A stretch of 59,761 nucleotides of DNA, the filler included. It is 4 parts of 4 records of this genome, joined end to end, with 100 filler letters (N's around TTAATTAATTAA, not from the genome) between each part and the next. Parts side by side here need not be neighbours in the genome. Positions count along the whole stretch, not along the records: positions 1 to 29,239 come from DRR378314_141; 3 more parts are not named here. The stretch is one strand, 5' to 3'. A model generated the notes under the pieces. That model was not told the DNA's origin. It worked only from the letters and a program-made list of their open reading frames with translations, and ran no database searches. Shown here piece after piece: positions 11,119 through 24,700 of this stretch (its first letter is position 1; each line of letters opens with the position of its first letter). A program made the translations under genes and the position numbers.

Positions 11119-13727
11119 CTACTTCGCTTCAGCCAATGCATGCAGAACGTGAACCGCTAGCTTTGACTCTGCAGGAAACCGGTTGTCTGCAGCGCACGTG
11201 CACAGGAAAGAAGCGCGAGCACCCAAGCGAGTGAAGGCGAGGAGAGGAAGTGTCACGGTCATCCAGAGAGCTGCATGACGCGGTTTCGCCCGAACCAGGG
11301 ATGGCGCTCTCTGCCCTCTAGGACGTGAACAAATAGTAACGGAAGCCTCGGCACACGCACCTCCTCCAAGCATGTCCAGTGTGTCCATATGTGACAGTTG
11401 ACGCAGCAAGTGCAAGTCCGCTTCACCGCCCGCAGCCCTCCACGCCTGCGCAAAGAGCTTTGATGAGTACGCAGGCACAGTGGTGTCTGCGAGCGAATGG
11501 AAGAGCGCCAGATTCGGCAGGCGCGGAGCGCTGCCACTCGGATCTCTGCTCGCAAGCTGTCGCGCCTTGTAAACCGGTGAAAACTCGTCGAATCCGTCGA
11601 TAGACGCGCCCATGGCTGTGTGCATCGGCGATAGATGCGCGACGCCGCGCATGGCCTCGTGGATAAAGTGTAGTCCAATGTCGTAGACACCGCCAAATCC
11701 TACGAGAGCGCGAACGTGAAGCGGGGAGAGTCTATAAATTCACAAGTGCAGTCAAAACACACAGCAAAACGACGGGAAAAGGGTCAGTCGATGATCCACG
11801 CAAAGTGGTGATCGCCGCGCTCCATGTGCAGTGACAGATGGAGAGCACGACTGCAGAGTGCTGGAGCGAGATCGCACGGAGATCCAGTGGCTGTTGAAAC
11901 GAAAAGAGGACGTGCCCTGTGCATGTGCGTAACGTTCAAAAATAGTCCCTTTCTTCCTTTCTTGACACAAAGTGGCTCGCTTTCTTTCTGTCAGACGCAC
12001 TGTCCCGCGGGCGCCCAAATAGTGTTGGTGCCAGGAAACCAGAGGGGTCGACGACATAAGGCGGATCCGGCATCAGGCTTCACCTCCGCGCTCAGAAGCC
12101 ACACTGCGCCTCGGAGTGGGGAAAAAGGTAACCATCTAGCACTTCAGAACTGCTTCCGTAAACAGACGTACCGACCATGGGCACTTTCGAGAACGGAAAG
12201 CGCTGCCAGGTGCGCGCCGGCCGAGTGTCCAGCAAGAACGATGCGCGTCGGATCGCTGCGCCACGACAAGGCTTTCTCTTGCACCCATAAAACACACGCG
12301 TGAATATCTTCTACCATTTGCTTGCATGACCGCTACACATTGTCAGAAGCATCGAATGAACCATATGCATCACATTGGATTCAAAAGTGCCGCACACCAC
12401 ATGCACACATTCGGAACCCATTGTGCAATAGAGAGCCGCTGCAACACTAACCGTAGTCGACCGCCAGTTCACTCGGAGCGCCAGCCTCGTCGCTGCTCGC
12501 GTGTGTGCGTTGCACGGTGGGAGAGTCAGCGATGCTAGCCATCAATGACGTACCAGCTGCCGGGACTTCCCTCGATGGAGCAAGTATCTTGCAAGAACAA
12601 CCGTGAACCCATTCTTCCGCAAGTGCTCAGCAATGTGGAAGAGGTGGCTCGGATCGCCAACAGCCCATGCGCCTGTGACGAACCCGAGGAAACCACCCGC
12701 AAATCCATACCAAACGTGAGCCACCTCGGCCCAGCTGCACAACACTCGTGCATCGCTGGCATCCGTGCAGTTTGGGGTATTTTATGCTCTGCATCTCAAT
12801 TAACGTCTTTCGACGAACATCCAGGAGAAAGACCTGGTCCGCGTACCTCCGTGGACAAATACAACAATAGGGCTATTCGGTTGGTCAGCCATGAAAACGT
12901 CCGCGGTGCAGCGCTCCCCGCGCGCGTAGCGCGCTTCAAGCACCGCGACGCCAGCGCGTGCCGCCCGCAGCCGACCCACCTGCAGACGCGTTGCATGGAA
13001 GCAGGATACGAATATAGTGTCCTCAACATTATGTCAATGCTGTACACGGGGAACGCGCGTTGTAAGGTCGTTCACCATCTCGTATCGATGTGCAGCGTGC
13101 CGCTGCCATACTGCTCGCAAAGAATCATGCTGGCACTCCGAGAGCTATTGCACAACACACCATTGATCGAAGAGTGGATGGAAGTGACATGATCACAAAC
13201 AGAATGATCCCCAAGAATTCAGCAATATCACGAAAGAATTGCTGCTCCGAGCAGCCGCACAGGAAACCGACCGCAACGAAAAGAAAAGAAATAAGAACAG
13301 GACAGGATGGTAAAGCGAGCAAACCAAGGCAACGACGAGCGCATATGATACGACGGAGCAACAGTGCATAGGTTGAGCAGACACACACGCTGGCCACGGC
13401 GCGTCGATTCACGCGCACGGAGCGGCTGCTGCAGTGTTTCGAGCGAAAAAAATTGCTCATAGTATTCGTAAAACGTACACGCAAAGGAGTCCGAAAAAAC
13501 ACAATGCCGTCCCGCACTCGGTATGGCCGCTGCGGGAGTCCCTGCACGCCGAGTGGCTGCCACGGCGCCTCCTGCGCCAGGAAAGCCCTGCGCAGGACAG
13601 CGCGCGCGTCGTCAGTGCTCGGCAGTTCTCTTTCCCATTCTTCACGGCCGAGATCGCCCAAACCCACCTGACGGTCGTGATCACTAGCGTTTGCACGGTA
13701 TCGCACCCGATCCACCTGATCCATCAT
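11119..13727 (-). CDS. HSL-family alpha/beta hydrolase, isoprenylcysteine methylesterase (ICME)-like, multi-exon; ends approximate
   Basis: Spliced motifs: DVFMADQPNSPIVVFVHG|GAW (about 12900-12670), RIVLAGHSAGAHLA (nucleophile, about 12220), GGVYDIGLHFIHEAMRGVAHLSPM, FHSLADTTVP (catalytic Asp) and LSHMD (catalytic His). There is a hydrophobic N-terminal exon near 13250-13160. Confidence 0.8.
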
Positions 13728-14443
13728 TCACGCTGCGCTTGGCCGTCTCTACAAGAGGCCAGCGCGACGCACTGGCGTTGCAGCCCGCAGGTCCGTGCGC
13801 TCAGCGTAGCGCAGCGGGAACGGAAACACGAATCTGCAACGAGAATTATACACGCTCTTTAGAAACACGACAATGCGCACGTCCACAGGCCAAACACATA
13901 CACACTAGTGTACCAGGCGATTCTAAGCAAGCAAGCAATCCATCAGTTTCACAAAACGACCATGTGGACAAGCACGCACTCCGAAGTACCGAGCGCTCTT
14001 GGCGACGCTGCGGAGCCGGGTTCGTAGCGAACGAAGTCGCGATGCGGGATCGACTATCGTGCACTGGAAAAACGTAACAACAGTTCTTTGGCGCCAATGG
14101 GCTCTGCACGTTACCAAACGGAGAGCCTCACAGCCCGCACGCTGTGCGCTGGGCGTTCACCGCGCAGCATTTCCCCCGTGTTACCCCTACGAAGCGAGCC
14201 GATCATTGCCGCACTCTCTCGTGCCTGGCGGAAAGTGCGGCGGCAGTGCAACAGGTGAGCGGAGTTTCTTTGTAGTTCGTTGCGCAGACGAGTTCTCTGG
14301 CCCAATTCCATCCCGCTTCGTGTGAAAGGACACCAAGATCATTTGATCTCGGCGCCACTCAGCATATCAGTGTCTGCCGCTCCACGCCAATGCTTGGATA
14401 GCGCCGGCACGCAGTAGAAGAGAGAAAAGCGAGGCTGCCTGCC

Positions 14444-17400
14444 ATGAAGTCGACTAAGCAGCAGCGCAAGCTCTACCTAAGGCTTATTGAGTGCATCACG
14501 GCAGACCTTATGTACGTCGCAAGCGGTTTCGAAGCCTCGTCATCGCGTCGGGCCATTTTTTTGATTGTGGTATTCTCGGGAAACCCGTACCTACGAAGCG
14601 AGAGTGGAGAAATAGGGTGCGAGAGGAGTAGCGCAACAGTGCTCGTGGGGTTGTAGACCAGCGGCAGCTGCTTGGCAGGCGCGCTCCAGGCGCTCCCCGA
14701 GCCGTCTGCTATGCATCGGGCGCGAAGGACGCGCGCCCCCGCCCCGGTGAGCCCTCCACCACACACGCTCGCCACAGCAGCCGCCGGTCCTGGGGGGTTT
14801 CCTTATCACGCACATATACATCTAATGCAGAGAGAAGTTTGAAGAGGCCGCCCTTGCGCATCCGGCACGGCGTGGTCGCCTCGAGAGCTCTCGCTCGCAT
14901 CCGCTCTTCGTCGTGGGCGCTCGCTGCGATCCGGCGCCTTGGGAGTCGGTGTGCGCCGGCGGGGGGTTCCGCGTCTCCACCGAGCCTGCTAGTCGCCAGC
15001 GCGCACCCCAGTGCTGTGCAGCACGGCGGGCACGAGCGCGCCCATGGTCCGCACCCCGCGGCTTCAATGCCTCATTCTCGTGTTGGTGCATATATTAACG
15101 TACATTTAATCTTGGAACGAGAAGCAATCAATGCGCTCTGTTTTAATGGCTCTTTTCTTGTGTTCCGCCGCTAGACGTCTGCGTCCGTTATTTTTCTCGG
15201 GTGCCAGCTCACTTGCATTCAAGCGGCGAACCAGCTGCGATCCGGACACGCGCTGCTGGCGTGGTGCGGGAGCTTCCCTCTTGACGTGCGCGCGATGAAT
15301 ATGGCAACTGCCTTCATGCATGTTTCCTTTTTTCTAGCGAATACTAACAGTTGCATGCTGCTGCATCTGCGCGGGTCTCCTGCGCTCTCGTGCCGCTCCT
15401 TGGTGCAGATACCCTCGGGCGCTGTCGGAATGTGTAGACGCAGCCGAGCGAGAGCAGCTGGGCAAAGCGCTCGTGTCCATGACGTTCCGGTGCGTCCCCC
15501 TCCGCATATCGCCGTCTGCCTGGTACAACGTTAGACCGCTTATTCCACTGCTTGTAAGACCAAGCATCGTTTTCTAACCACCGGAGCGCCGCTGTCGTGG
15601 AATCGTCCGAGCAGGACAGGGCGGACATTGCTGCTGATCAAGGAGCTTGTGTTTTCTGAATTTGAGCAAAACTGCGAAGCGCCGTCGACGATACTGCGCC
15701 TCAACTCCGTAGCCTCGAAGGTGAGAATGCAATACTACTGCCATTGTGCACCCAGAGAAATGGAACTTTTTAATTCCGCTGTGACATAAATTGTTTCATT
15801 GCATGTACCGCAGTCTACGGGCACGGAGTAGCTTGTGCAGCGTGACGGTAGCGAAAGAATGAGCACCCCAAGGGCCGTCTTCGCGTAGCAAGACTCGTTG
15901 CAACTCACGCATGCGCGTTGGCGCTGTACGGCGCACGGCGCAGGTAATGGGCGACTATACGCGCCGAATTGGGACAGATTTCCTACGTGGAACGCTAGGA
16001 GATTTAGTGCATCAGGTCTGCAACATGCAAGAAGCGCTTGAAGTGAATCCGCAGCGGCTTGGCTCGTCGGCAAGTGCGGCGTCGGATGGAAGCGTGGGAA
16101 CTGACGAGCCGGATGACCCGGAGCTCGCCAAGGTGAGCTGCTCGCATACGTGCACACAGTGGTAATATCCTCATTGCGAAGGCGGTGCTGTGCAGATGGA
16201 GACTCCAATCTACCATATGGTGTATTCACGATTGTACGTCGCCAGTATATTGCGTTGGGAAATGCTCGCGTGCTTTTTTGTGCGCGTACTGCTGAAGCTA
16301 GGCTCCGTTGTCAATGGAAACGGCGTTGAGCTGTCGCCAAGCACAGCAGCCGCTTTCTCCGCCATAGTTCTCATGGGCGCTTTGTGTGGCGCTCGAATAT
16401 AAAATCGCTATTGCGAAGTGTCATGCGCTATCCTTCATGTGTTGTCCAGCGTCTTAAACACAAGCTATCTGTGCTAAACACTGCTCCGAAACCCGCCGTC
16501 GCTGTGGCCGCCGCTCTGCTTTTGCAGAACCGACAAGCTCTTGATGAACTCGCGCAGCGTTTCTTCGACACGATGTCAAGCGACGATCGTATCTGTCGAA
16601 TGCCGCGCGAAATCCGATGTGCGGCGTGGATTGTTAAAGAAGAGTGCCGCAAGCGTCACTTGGAAGAGCATGCAAGCGCGCTCGTGGGAGGATATGTAAT
16701 GCTTCGGTTTCTCAATGCTGCCGTAGCCACTCCGGAGAGTTTCGGCCTGCTGGACGACGGGCAAGTGCCGTCGATAACGTCGCGTCGCACCCTGGTGCTC
16801 GTGTCGAAGATTTTACAGAATCTCTCCAACGGCGTCGAGTTTGGGAAAAAAGAAAAGTTCATGGAACCTTTCAACGAGTTCCTCGATCGCAACAAGCAGG
16901 GGATGCAGAATTTCCTCGCCCGTGTGGCTGAGGACCCTAATCAGGCGGACTTCTCCGATATCCTGGCGGACGGCGCAGTTGCGCCCGAGACTATGGCGGA
17001 GATCGAGACTGCGCTCCAGACTGACGAGACGCTTCTCCAGCATTGCGGACGTGTGCATAAGCTCTTGTATCTGTATTCCCGGAAAGTTGTTGTTGCATCG
17101 CAAGAGGCAGCAGTGGCGCGTGGCGCAAGTGGAAACGAGATGCTCGACCGCAGCACGGACCTGCTGGAGCTCCTTGGAGCGCTCGGTCCTCCTCCACAGT
17201 CGAAGTATGGCCAGGAGCTTGAAGACCTGCAGGCTGCGCTCGAAGAATGCCAAGAGTCTGCTTTCAAAGCGAGTCTCAATCATATTGTAGGACTAAATAT
17301 AGCAGACTTTGATACGTCAGAGCTCCAAAAGGCGCAGTTCCTGTACGGCGGCGACGAAGCCAGTGTTGGTCTCGATGGCAGGCCCGTAATCTACTTCGTT

Positions 17401-19670
17401 TTGTCGCGTCTGAAGCCCGAGTTCCTGGACGACGAGCGCCGCCTGATTGTTCACATCATGAGCACGTGCGGGCATGTACTCGATAATCCTTACTCGCTAG
17501 TCATTGACATGTCGTGGTCGTCCACCGCTGTCAAGGTATGAGAGGCTTGTCGCGAGAGAGACAGAAGTGTAGTCACTTCGTGTTATAATTTCCTTATGTT
17601 GCAAAGTGTCCAGAAAGGGAAAAAGGCGCAGGCGACGAGGAGGTGGAGGTTCCGGATCTGTGAAGGATTCAGCTCTCACCTGGTGCGCTTGCTCTGCTCC
17701 CCTTAGTGTATGCGGTTGCTTACTTCGTTTCCTACCTCTGCGTTTCTGCGCACTTCTCCCCCTTTTCCTGATTGATCGCTGCCGCGCTTCCAGGAGTTCA
17801 AGAAGCGCGTTGTACGCAGCACAGCACTGCTTTCGCGCGTGTTCTCACGTTCGCATCGCAAGTCGCTCGCGTCCTGCTACATCGTACATCCAACACCCTT
17901 TGTCGAGACGTTGCTTTGGTATCTCAAGGCCTTCGCTTCCGCAAAAGTCGGACGCAAGATTATCAAAATCAATCGATGGAAAGACATTCTCCAGTACGTT
18001 GCCAGGATGGCGATCGAGGGAAGCTTTAGCCAGTTCGCCGCGCTCTGCCGCCGAGCGGCGAGAATCAGACGCTCAGCGAAAGGACGATGGCACCCAAATG
18101 TCACGCCAATGCCTGATTTTCGCCGTTGCAGATTTGCACTGCTACGCACTCGCACGGAACGCGGTCTTTTTCTTCGTCATGAAAATTCTGGGGTCGATCG
18201 CGTGTGTTGTCCGCTCTGTTTCCGCTTCTCGCGTTGGTGCGGCGCCCTCGTGCTGCGCCGATTCCAGGTTCATCGACGCTGCGCACGTCCAGCTCCCGGA
18301 ATCGACAAAGTCTTACATTGGAAAGCTGTACAATGTCGACTTCTGCGCTCAAGGAGCTCGACCGGCGCTGCGGCACATCAAGCTCGCCCTCGACTCGATC
18401 GTGATCGTCGAGCGCCGGAACAAGGCGTATCACGCCAAGGCAGAGATTCTGCATGGAGAGGTGCGCGTCGAGTGCGCACTGTGAGCCGACACTTTCCGAT
18501 TGCGCTAGGTACATACGCTCGTATGTGTGACTTGTCGCTTCTGCGGTGCCTGTGCGATCATCTCTGTCCGCTGCGCGCGATTGCCTAAACGTGCATGTGT
18601 GCAGATTGACGACATCGCAAAGATTCAACCTGCGTCGATCGTACTCTCGCATCGGGGAAATAGCCGAAACGTGTCCGAGGCGGAGCAGCGAGGTACATCT
18701 GCGTGTGTATATGTCGCAGCGGAGTGCCAGGATGGGTTTTTGCAGCAACCTGTATGGGGAGAGCGGAGTAGATACTTTCCGTGCGTGTGCGGTGCGCAGA
18801 GGGCAGTCCGGCAGCGAATCGCCCCATGCAGAAGGACGCGCTCCTGTACTTATACGATCCGTGCTGTGCGCGTGCCCATTGTGTATGACAGTTCTCTTTG
18901 CATGCGACAAGGTCCCCGTATGCTTTGAGCTCGAGTTTCAGCACGGCGACGAGCGCGACGAGTTCCTGGCGGAGCTTCTCGCCCTCGCGGGCGACGCGCT
19001 CGCGTCCTCCCACGCGGCGACGAGCGCGTCGTTCCTCGTCACCAAGCAGACGCGGTTTGGCCGGAGCGACCGCATTATCAAGGTTGCCTCCGACTCCATC
19101 GTCGTCGCCACGCCCAACGTACGTGCCGCGTCGGCGCGCGTGCTCGTCCCGCGCCTGGCGGACGTTCGCCCGCGTATCGGCCTCCTCCTGCCGCACACGC
19201 GCCGCTCCGGCCTGGCGCAGCCGACCTAATCCCTCCGTGCGCCGGCGTGCCGTCTGTTTTGCGCGAACACTCCTATGCGCGCGTTGCTATGCTCACTAGG
19301 GACACATCAAGCGCGAGATTACCTTTGCGGGCGTCCAGACGATCGTGCAAGGCACTGGATCGGTGGTGGTCACCATGCGCGGATCGGGCAAAGCGCGCAC
19401 GTTTGACACCCCGCAGTGCGCCGAGCTGGCCAAGGTCCGTCTGCGTGCACGCGTTGCAATCGGTACCTCGTTTCGCTTGCGCTTCCCTGGAGTCCGCGTG
19501 AATGCCAGAGACACGATTACTGACCGAGACGGCGCGCCTGTGTCCCGTGTGCGGCATCTGCGGCTGTGCAGGCGATCAATGACGCGTTTGCGGGGTTTCG
19601 CGACGACGAGAACGACAGCGCCGCGAGCGCGCAGCGGCACTCGGTCCAGCTGTCGCGCCCCATGCCGTAG
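14444..19670 (+). CDS. Miniature neurofibromin-like RasGAP: RasGAP, Sec14/CRAL-TRIO-like and two PH-like domains, multi-exon; start approximate
   Basis: Arginine-finger exon TILRLNSVASK (about 15690), MLRFLNAAVATPE and RRTLVLVSKILQNLSN (RasGAP). GRPVIYF...YSLVIDMS and LASCYIVHPT (Sec14-like). Two C-terminal R-x-I-K-x-x-x-DSIV units. Last exon AINDAF...RPMP* ends at 19670. Confidence 0.82.
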
Positions 19671-20202
19671 TGCGCAAACGCCACGGGCTGCCCCCGATTT
19701 CCTCACATGATGGAAATACACGTGCTAGAGTTGGTGTGCTGTACGCGAGTACGACGAAGCGTGGGGCTTTGTATTGGCACCCCGCTCAATCGCGGCACTA
19801 CACAGCTGCTCGCGGAGACTGCACGCTTCCAAACGCTAAAGGCTCCAATACGAGCCGACGGAGGAGAAGAAATTGCACGACAAGACTGGCGAAATCAACG
19901 TATTACGTAGTGGTTGCTAAAGCGGGCACAAAAATATAGTGCTACTCGCGATGTTCTCGCACCGCGCGAGCCGGCGTGTGTGTGTGTGTATGTGTGGGCT
20001 ATGCGCGCGGGCTTGCTCTCCCGCGCTGGGTTCCGCCGCGTCCACCGCCGCGTGGGGGCAAATGCCTTTTCCTGAACGAACACGCGCATAAAGCGAGCTG
20101 AGACGGACTCCGATGCGACTCGCACACGCACGCGCACTCGTTCGCAGCCGCACGGGCACGCGAGGTTCGTGCGCGCGTGCGCGTCCACCGCGCCGCCACG
20201 GC

Positions 20203-21760
20203 TCATGCGTCGTCTGACCACCCGCGCTCTTCGTCGAGCGCCCGCAGGCGATCTTCCACCTCACGCGTCGCACCCGCGTCCTGTGGGACGGTGAACGAGT
20301 CGCGGCGCGCCCATGATCCAAGGCGCGAGCCGCGGCGCGGCAGGCGCGGCGAGGGAGTGCTGGTTGAGTCCTGCGTCGCCACACTGTCGTTCCGGTACCG
20401 CGCGCTGTCCGGCGTGCGCACGGAGCTCCTCTCTTCCATCGATATCGCAAACGCGGCAAGATGCGCGCGAACAGCCTTGATCCACGCATCCCGCTCAATC
20501 GCATCGTTGGCACAAAGATAAAAGTTCTGCACGGCAGCGCGCAACGCAGGAGAAAATAAACGAGGTGGGGAAGGGCAGAGGAGGCCGCGCAGAAGAGCGA
20601 CCGTACGATCGCACGAGAACACGCCCACGGGCACATATACCTATCATGTGCCATGAAGCGCGCACTTAAGTGCCCTTTTACCAGCTTGTGTGTCACGTGT
20701 AGCGCGCTGTAGGGTGGGGAAAAGACGCGTACCTTGCCAGGAGTGCTAATTTCGAAGCAGAACGGCCGCCGGTCGGACTCGCGCACAATCGTTCCGTCGC
20801 CGAGGCTAATTTCCCCCGCGGGGACGGCATCCGTCTTCCGCTTGTAGTAGCTCATCATCCCAGCGTTGAGCACAAAGAAACGCGTCTTCCACGACTTGAT
20901 TTTATGGCCCTCCTTTACCAAGAATCCCTTCTTTGGGGCCGCGTGTGGAACGGAGACGGACTCGCGGTCGAGGCCGACTGCGCCGCTTCCGTCGCGACCC
21001 TCGGCAGCGGCGTCCGAGGTGAGCATGTGGATCAGCGGAGACTTCGCCTCATCATCGAGAGTGGCGACGGCAATCAGAGACCCTAAGGCGAGCACAGATT
21101 CGGATCCGACAACAGCAGAGGTATCCGGGCATACTTAAGCAGGTGAAGATATTCGAGACCGCGAGCATCCAATGCAGGAGTAGTCGGGACAACGAGAGCG
21201 GAGCGTAACTCAAAGCGGCGAGGCCGGCGGGCGGGACCGGCGCTTCGTCTCCCCAAGCGATAAAGGAGGCACAAACCCCCTGGGCCGTGCGAAAATGCAA
21301 CGGCGACCGTACAGTCGTCAACCACAAAAAATCATATGCATAAAGCACATGAAGAAATACACGGCGATACGGCGCGCCCGCCTGAAAACGGGCAGCGACG
21401 AAAAGGCCGATCTGCCCTGTCTGCAAAAGGGTGCAAGCGCAACGGCCGACGAGAAAGCCACTACGATCCAGTGTTGCGATGCAAACCCTCTTCTTTTTTG
21501 CGGTTCGCTTGGATGCACGGAATCTTTTGTGGCCTTACACAGCAGGCAGGAAGGAATGCAGTGGGATGAACTAGACGCGAGTAAAGGGGGATAAAAAGGT
21601 TACGCGGAAAACTGAACAGGAGCTCTCACTTTGCGCACCGCGTGAGCACTGCGCGCGGCAAGTGCGCGGCAAACATCCAGAAAGCACCACGATCACCAAA
21701 ACCATCACCAACAACGAAAGAGCGATACAGCAGCCCAGGATGGCGCAAGACCATTCGCCC
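20203..21760 (-). CDS. Membrane protein with about 3 TM helices and a C-terminal canonical PH domain (possibly the 3' part of the upstream gene)
   Basis: KKGFLVKEGHKIKSWKTRFFVL...PFCFEISTPGK|NFYLCANDAIERDAWIKAV across a GT-AG intron. Upstream hydrophobic exons: WSCAILGCCIALSLLVMVLVIVV, VFLHVLYAYDFLWLTT, LLLHWMLAVSNIFTCL. Stop TGA at 20203. Confidence 0.72.
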
Positions 21761-24700
21761 TCGCCCGCAGACGACCGCACAAGGCGTTAGACCTCCGTAT
21801 CGAGAAGCTGCGCGTCAGGTGCGTACCGTGAACATCCAGCGCCGTAACGGGTCCAAACGAGACTTCCACCGAGCGCACGAGCGCCCCCGATGGTGCGTCG
21901 AACACATGCACGAGCCCATCCTCGTGGCCTGTGACGATCATGCTCCCGCGAATGCGTACACAGGCGATTCCCGGCGGTGCGTCGATCTCGCGCACAGCCG
22001 AGCCGTGCTGGCGAAGGTCTGGCGTGGCATGATCGGACGTGACAGTTGCCGCGCTCTCGCCGCGCGCGTGTCCGCCGGACCCGGCAGCGGCGCGGCGCAG
22101 GTCAATGACGGCGAGCGCATCGCTTCGCGTGACAACAACGACAACGGCGCCTGTGTCCTCGCAATCCAGCGCAACGATTCCCTCCCCGCCTACATCAAGA
22201 ACAAACATGCCTTCTAAGCGACGTAGGCGTGCAGCAGAAGAGCCGGCGGGCACTGCGCGCGGTCCTGCCGTGGCGGTCGGGTCGCCGGTGAACGCGTCCG
22301 CGTCGCTCGCATCCGGCGGCGGCCGCCAGATGCGGACGGTGCCGTCCTGCGACGCGCTCACGATGCGCGCCACAGCGGCGCGAACCGCGGTGACCTCGGC
22401 GCTGTGGCCGCGATACGCGCCTATCGTTCGTCCTGCAGTGAGGTCCCACGCAATCACAGAGCCGGACCTGTGGCCAGAGTAGAGCACCGAGCCGCGCACG
22501 GCGATGGACGTGACAGCATCTGCGCCGACGACAACGTTGGCGCGGCTCGCGCCGGAGTCCAGCGCCCACACGTGTAGCGAGGCATCGCGCTCCGACGCAG
22601 TCACAATCGTGTTATCGTCCACATCCATGGCTGTGAACCCAGAGGTATGGGTGATGAGCACCTCGCGTGCAGCCGAAACAGTCGATGCCGAGGATAATGG
22701 CCAAACTCGCACGGTTGCGTCATCAGAAGCAGAAACCAGGTCGCCCCGTTTGGAAATGAGGAGGCCGGTTATCTCGGAGCTGTGCCCGCGCAGCTGCCGC
22801 ATCACTGAGAGCGCTTGCGGCCGCAGTACGAGATCACACACCCATTGTGCGCGGCGCGCCTCACTGCTCGTGGACGCATCGAAGCCCGCCATATGCATGG
22901 GCGCTGCCGATGCCGCATCGGCCCACCACAGCTTCTCCAGCGCGACGCGGAGCAGCTGCACTTTGTCTTGCGGGTCGGAGCGACGCAGCGCCTGCTGCAC
23001 CAGCGCAGTTGCCCACGCGCGGTACGACCGCGCCGACGGAGGCGCCAGGCGCGAAAAGTGCGTCGCTGCCTCGTCTAGCATACTGGTGCTATCTTCCGCA
23101 TGTGATAGCGATGATCCAAGAACAAGTAAAGCATACGCGGTGAATGCACGTGCATCTGCGCTCCGGTCAATGTACGGCTCCGCTGCCATCAGCGCTTCTG
23201 CAACGAGGTCGCCCGCAGTCGATGCGGCCCCGGCTGCCCAGAGCGCCTCGGCACACTGTCGAAGAAGCGGAAATGCCGCTGCGCCACCACATCCGAGGCG
23301 TAGACACTCCACACAGTGTACGAGAGCGCGTTCGGCGATATACGCGCGTTCTAAGCGACTTGCAGCGGCCGCAGCAGCCGGTCCAAGAAGGCTCACAAGC
23401 GCGCGCGCGGCAGAGACGACCCCAGAAGGTGCGCAGCGCGGCGCAAAGGAAGGGATGTCGCCGGAATCAACTTCCCAGAACGCTCCTGTGCCGTCAACTG
23501 CTCCTGCAAATCCTCGAACGTACTCGCTGCGCAAACTTTCACGCGCCCGTGCCCCGCACAGCCGCAGAATCCGCAACATGAGCGTCCGCCAGCACACCAG
23601 CGGGAGTGCCGGCTCGCCCGCAGCCGCCCCCAGCGCCTCGTCGCCGCTCGCAGAAGATCTCGATCCGGCACTTCCATCTCCCAAGCGGTCCGTCGCACTC
23701 ACAGTCTTTCCCCGCTCGCGAACAGAGAGTGCTCCCGAAAACTTTGCCTCAATCAGCGGTCGGATCGTACAGCGCCAAAGTGCCGCGCCCCGACCGCCGT
23801 TCGCCCCCGGAACGGCGCACGCCACAATCTTCGACAGCGCCTCCTCGGGCTCGGCGCGCTCCTCATGGATGAGCCGGCGGACCTCAGCTTTCGCAGCACG
23901 AGCCGCCATTTCGACAAAAAGGAGCGCACGGGCACTTGCAGAGGAGCATGCTGCACGAACACGGCCCATGTGTCGAATACTAAGCCCCATCCGATGCAAG
24001 TCCTGGCAGATACCCGCACACACCGCCTCGAGCTGCAGAGCGTTGCGCGCGTCATCCCCACTGAACGCCGCAATCCCTCGCTCGTCACACAGCGCCGCTG
24101 CGTCTGGGACCATGCGCAGCTGCATGTGCTGAATAAGCCCTGCTAATGAAGACTCGTTGTGCACGCGCTTAGGTGCGCGCCGCAACGCCTCTGGCCGCAC
24201 AAATCGGCCGGCAAGGCTCAACGGAACGCGGTGCAGACGTGGCCACTCCAGCGGCAGCACACCGGCGAGGTCGACGGGCACCGCAACGCTCCCTTCGTAA
24301 ACCACTGCGCCCAGCCGAGCGATTTCGGCGCTGCAGAGAGCGAAACAGGACCAAGCACAACAGCATACCGGATTAACATTGGTGAGGTTGCACGTTCATG
24401 CGATGAAGCGGCTGTGTCTGGCGCTCCACTGCAGCTGAATTCGGACACCGCAGCGTTGCAGAGCACCCGGCTTGGCGACGCAGCCTGGTTCCGCAACGGA
24501 ACTGCAGTGATCGCTCCTCGTAGCGCTGCATTATCGCCTACAGTGCAACAAGGCCAATGGTGCAAACACACGACTCTCTTTCCATCAAGTCAACACAGAA
24601 ATCGGGCCTTGCATACCTAAGTCCAGCTGCCGCGAGCACGCGGAGAAGGCAGGAGACAGGCTGGTCGTCGTCGCCCTCGCCGGCGGCAAACCCGCCAAGC

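Noticed and set aside
22504..24132. Long opposite-strand ORFs (this 542-aa one, also 29340-30410, 31373-32359, 35879-36868 and 40802-42040)
   Set aside because: They are antisense shadows of real genes in GC-rich DNA and carry no motifs.
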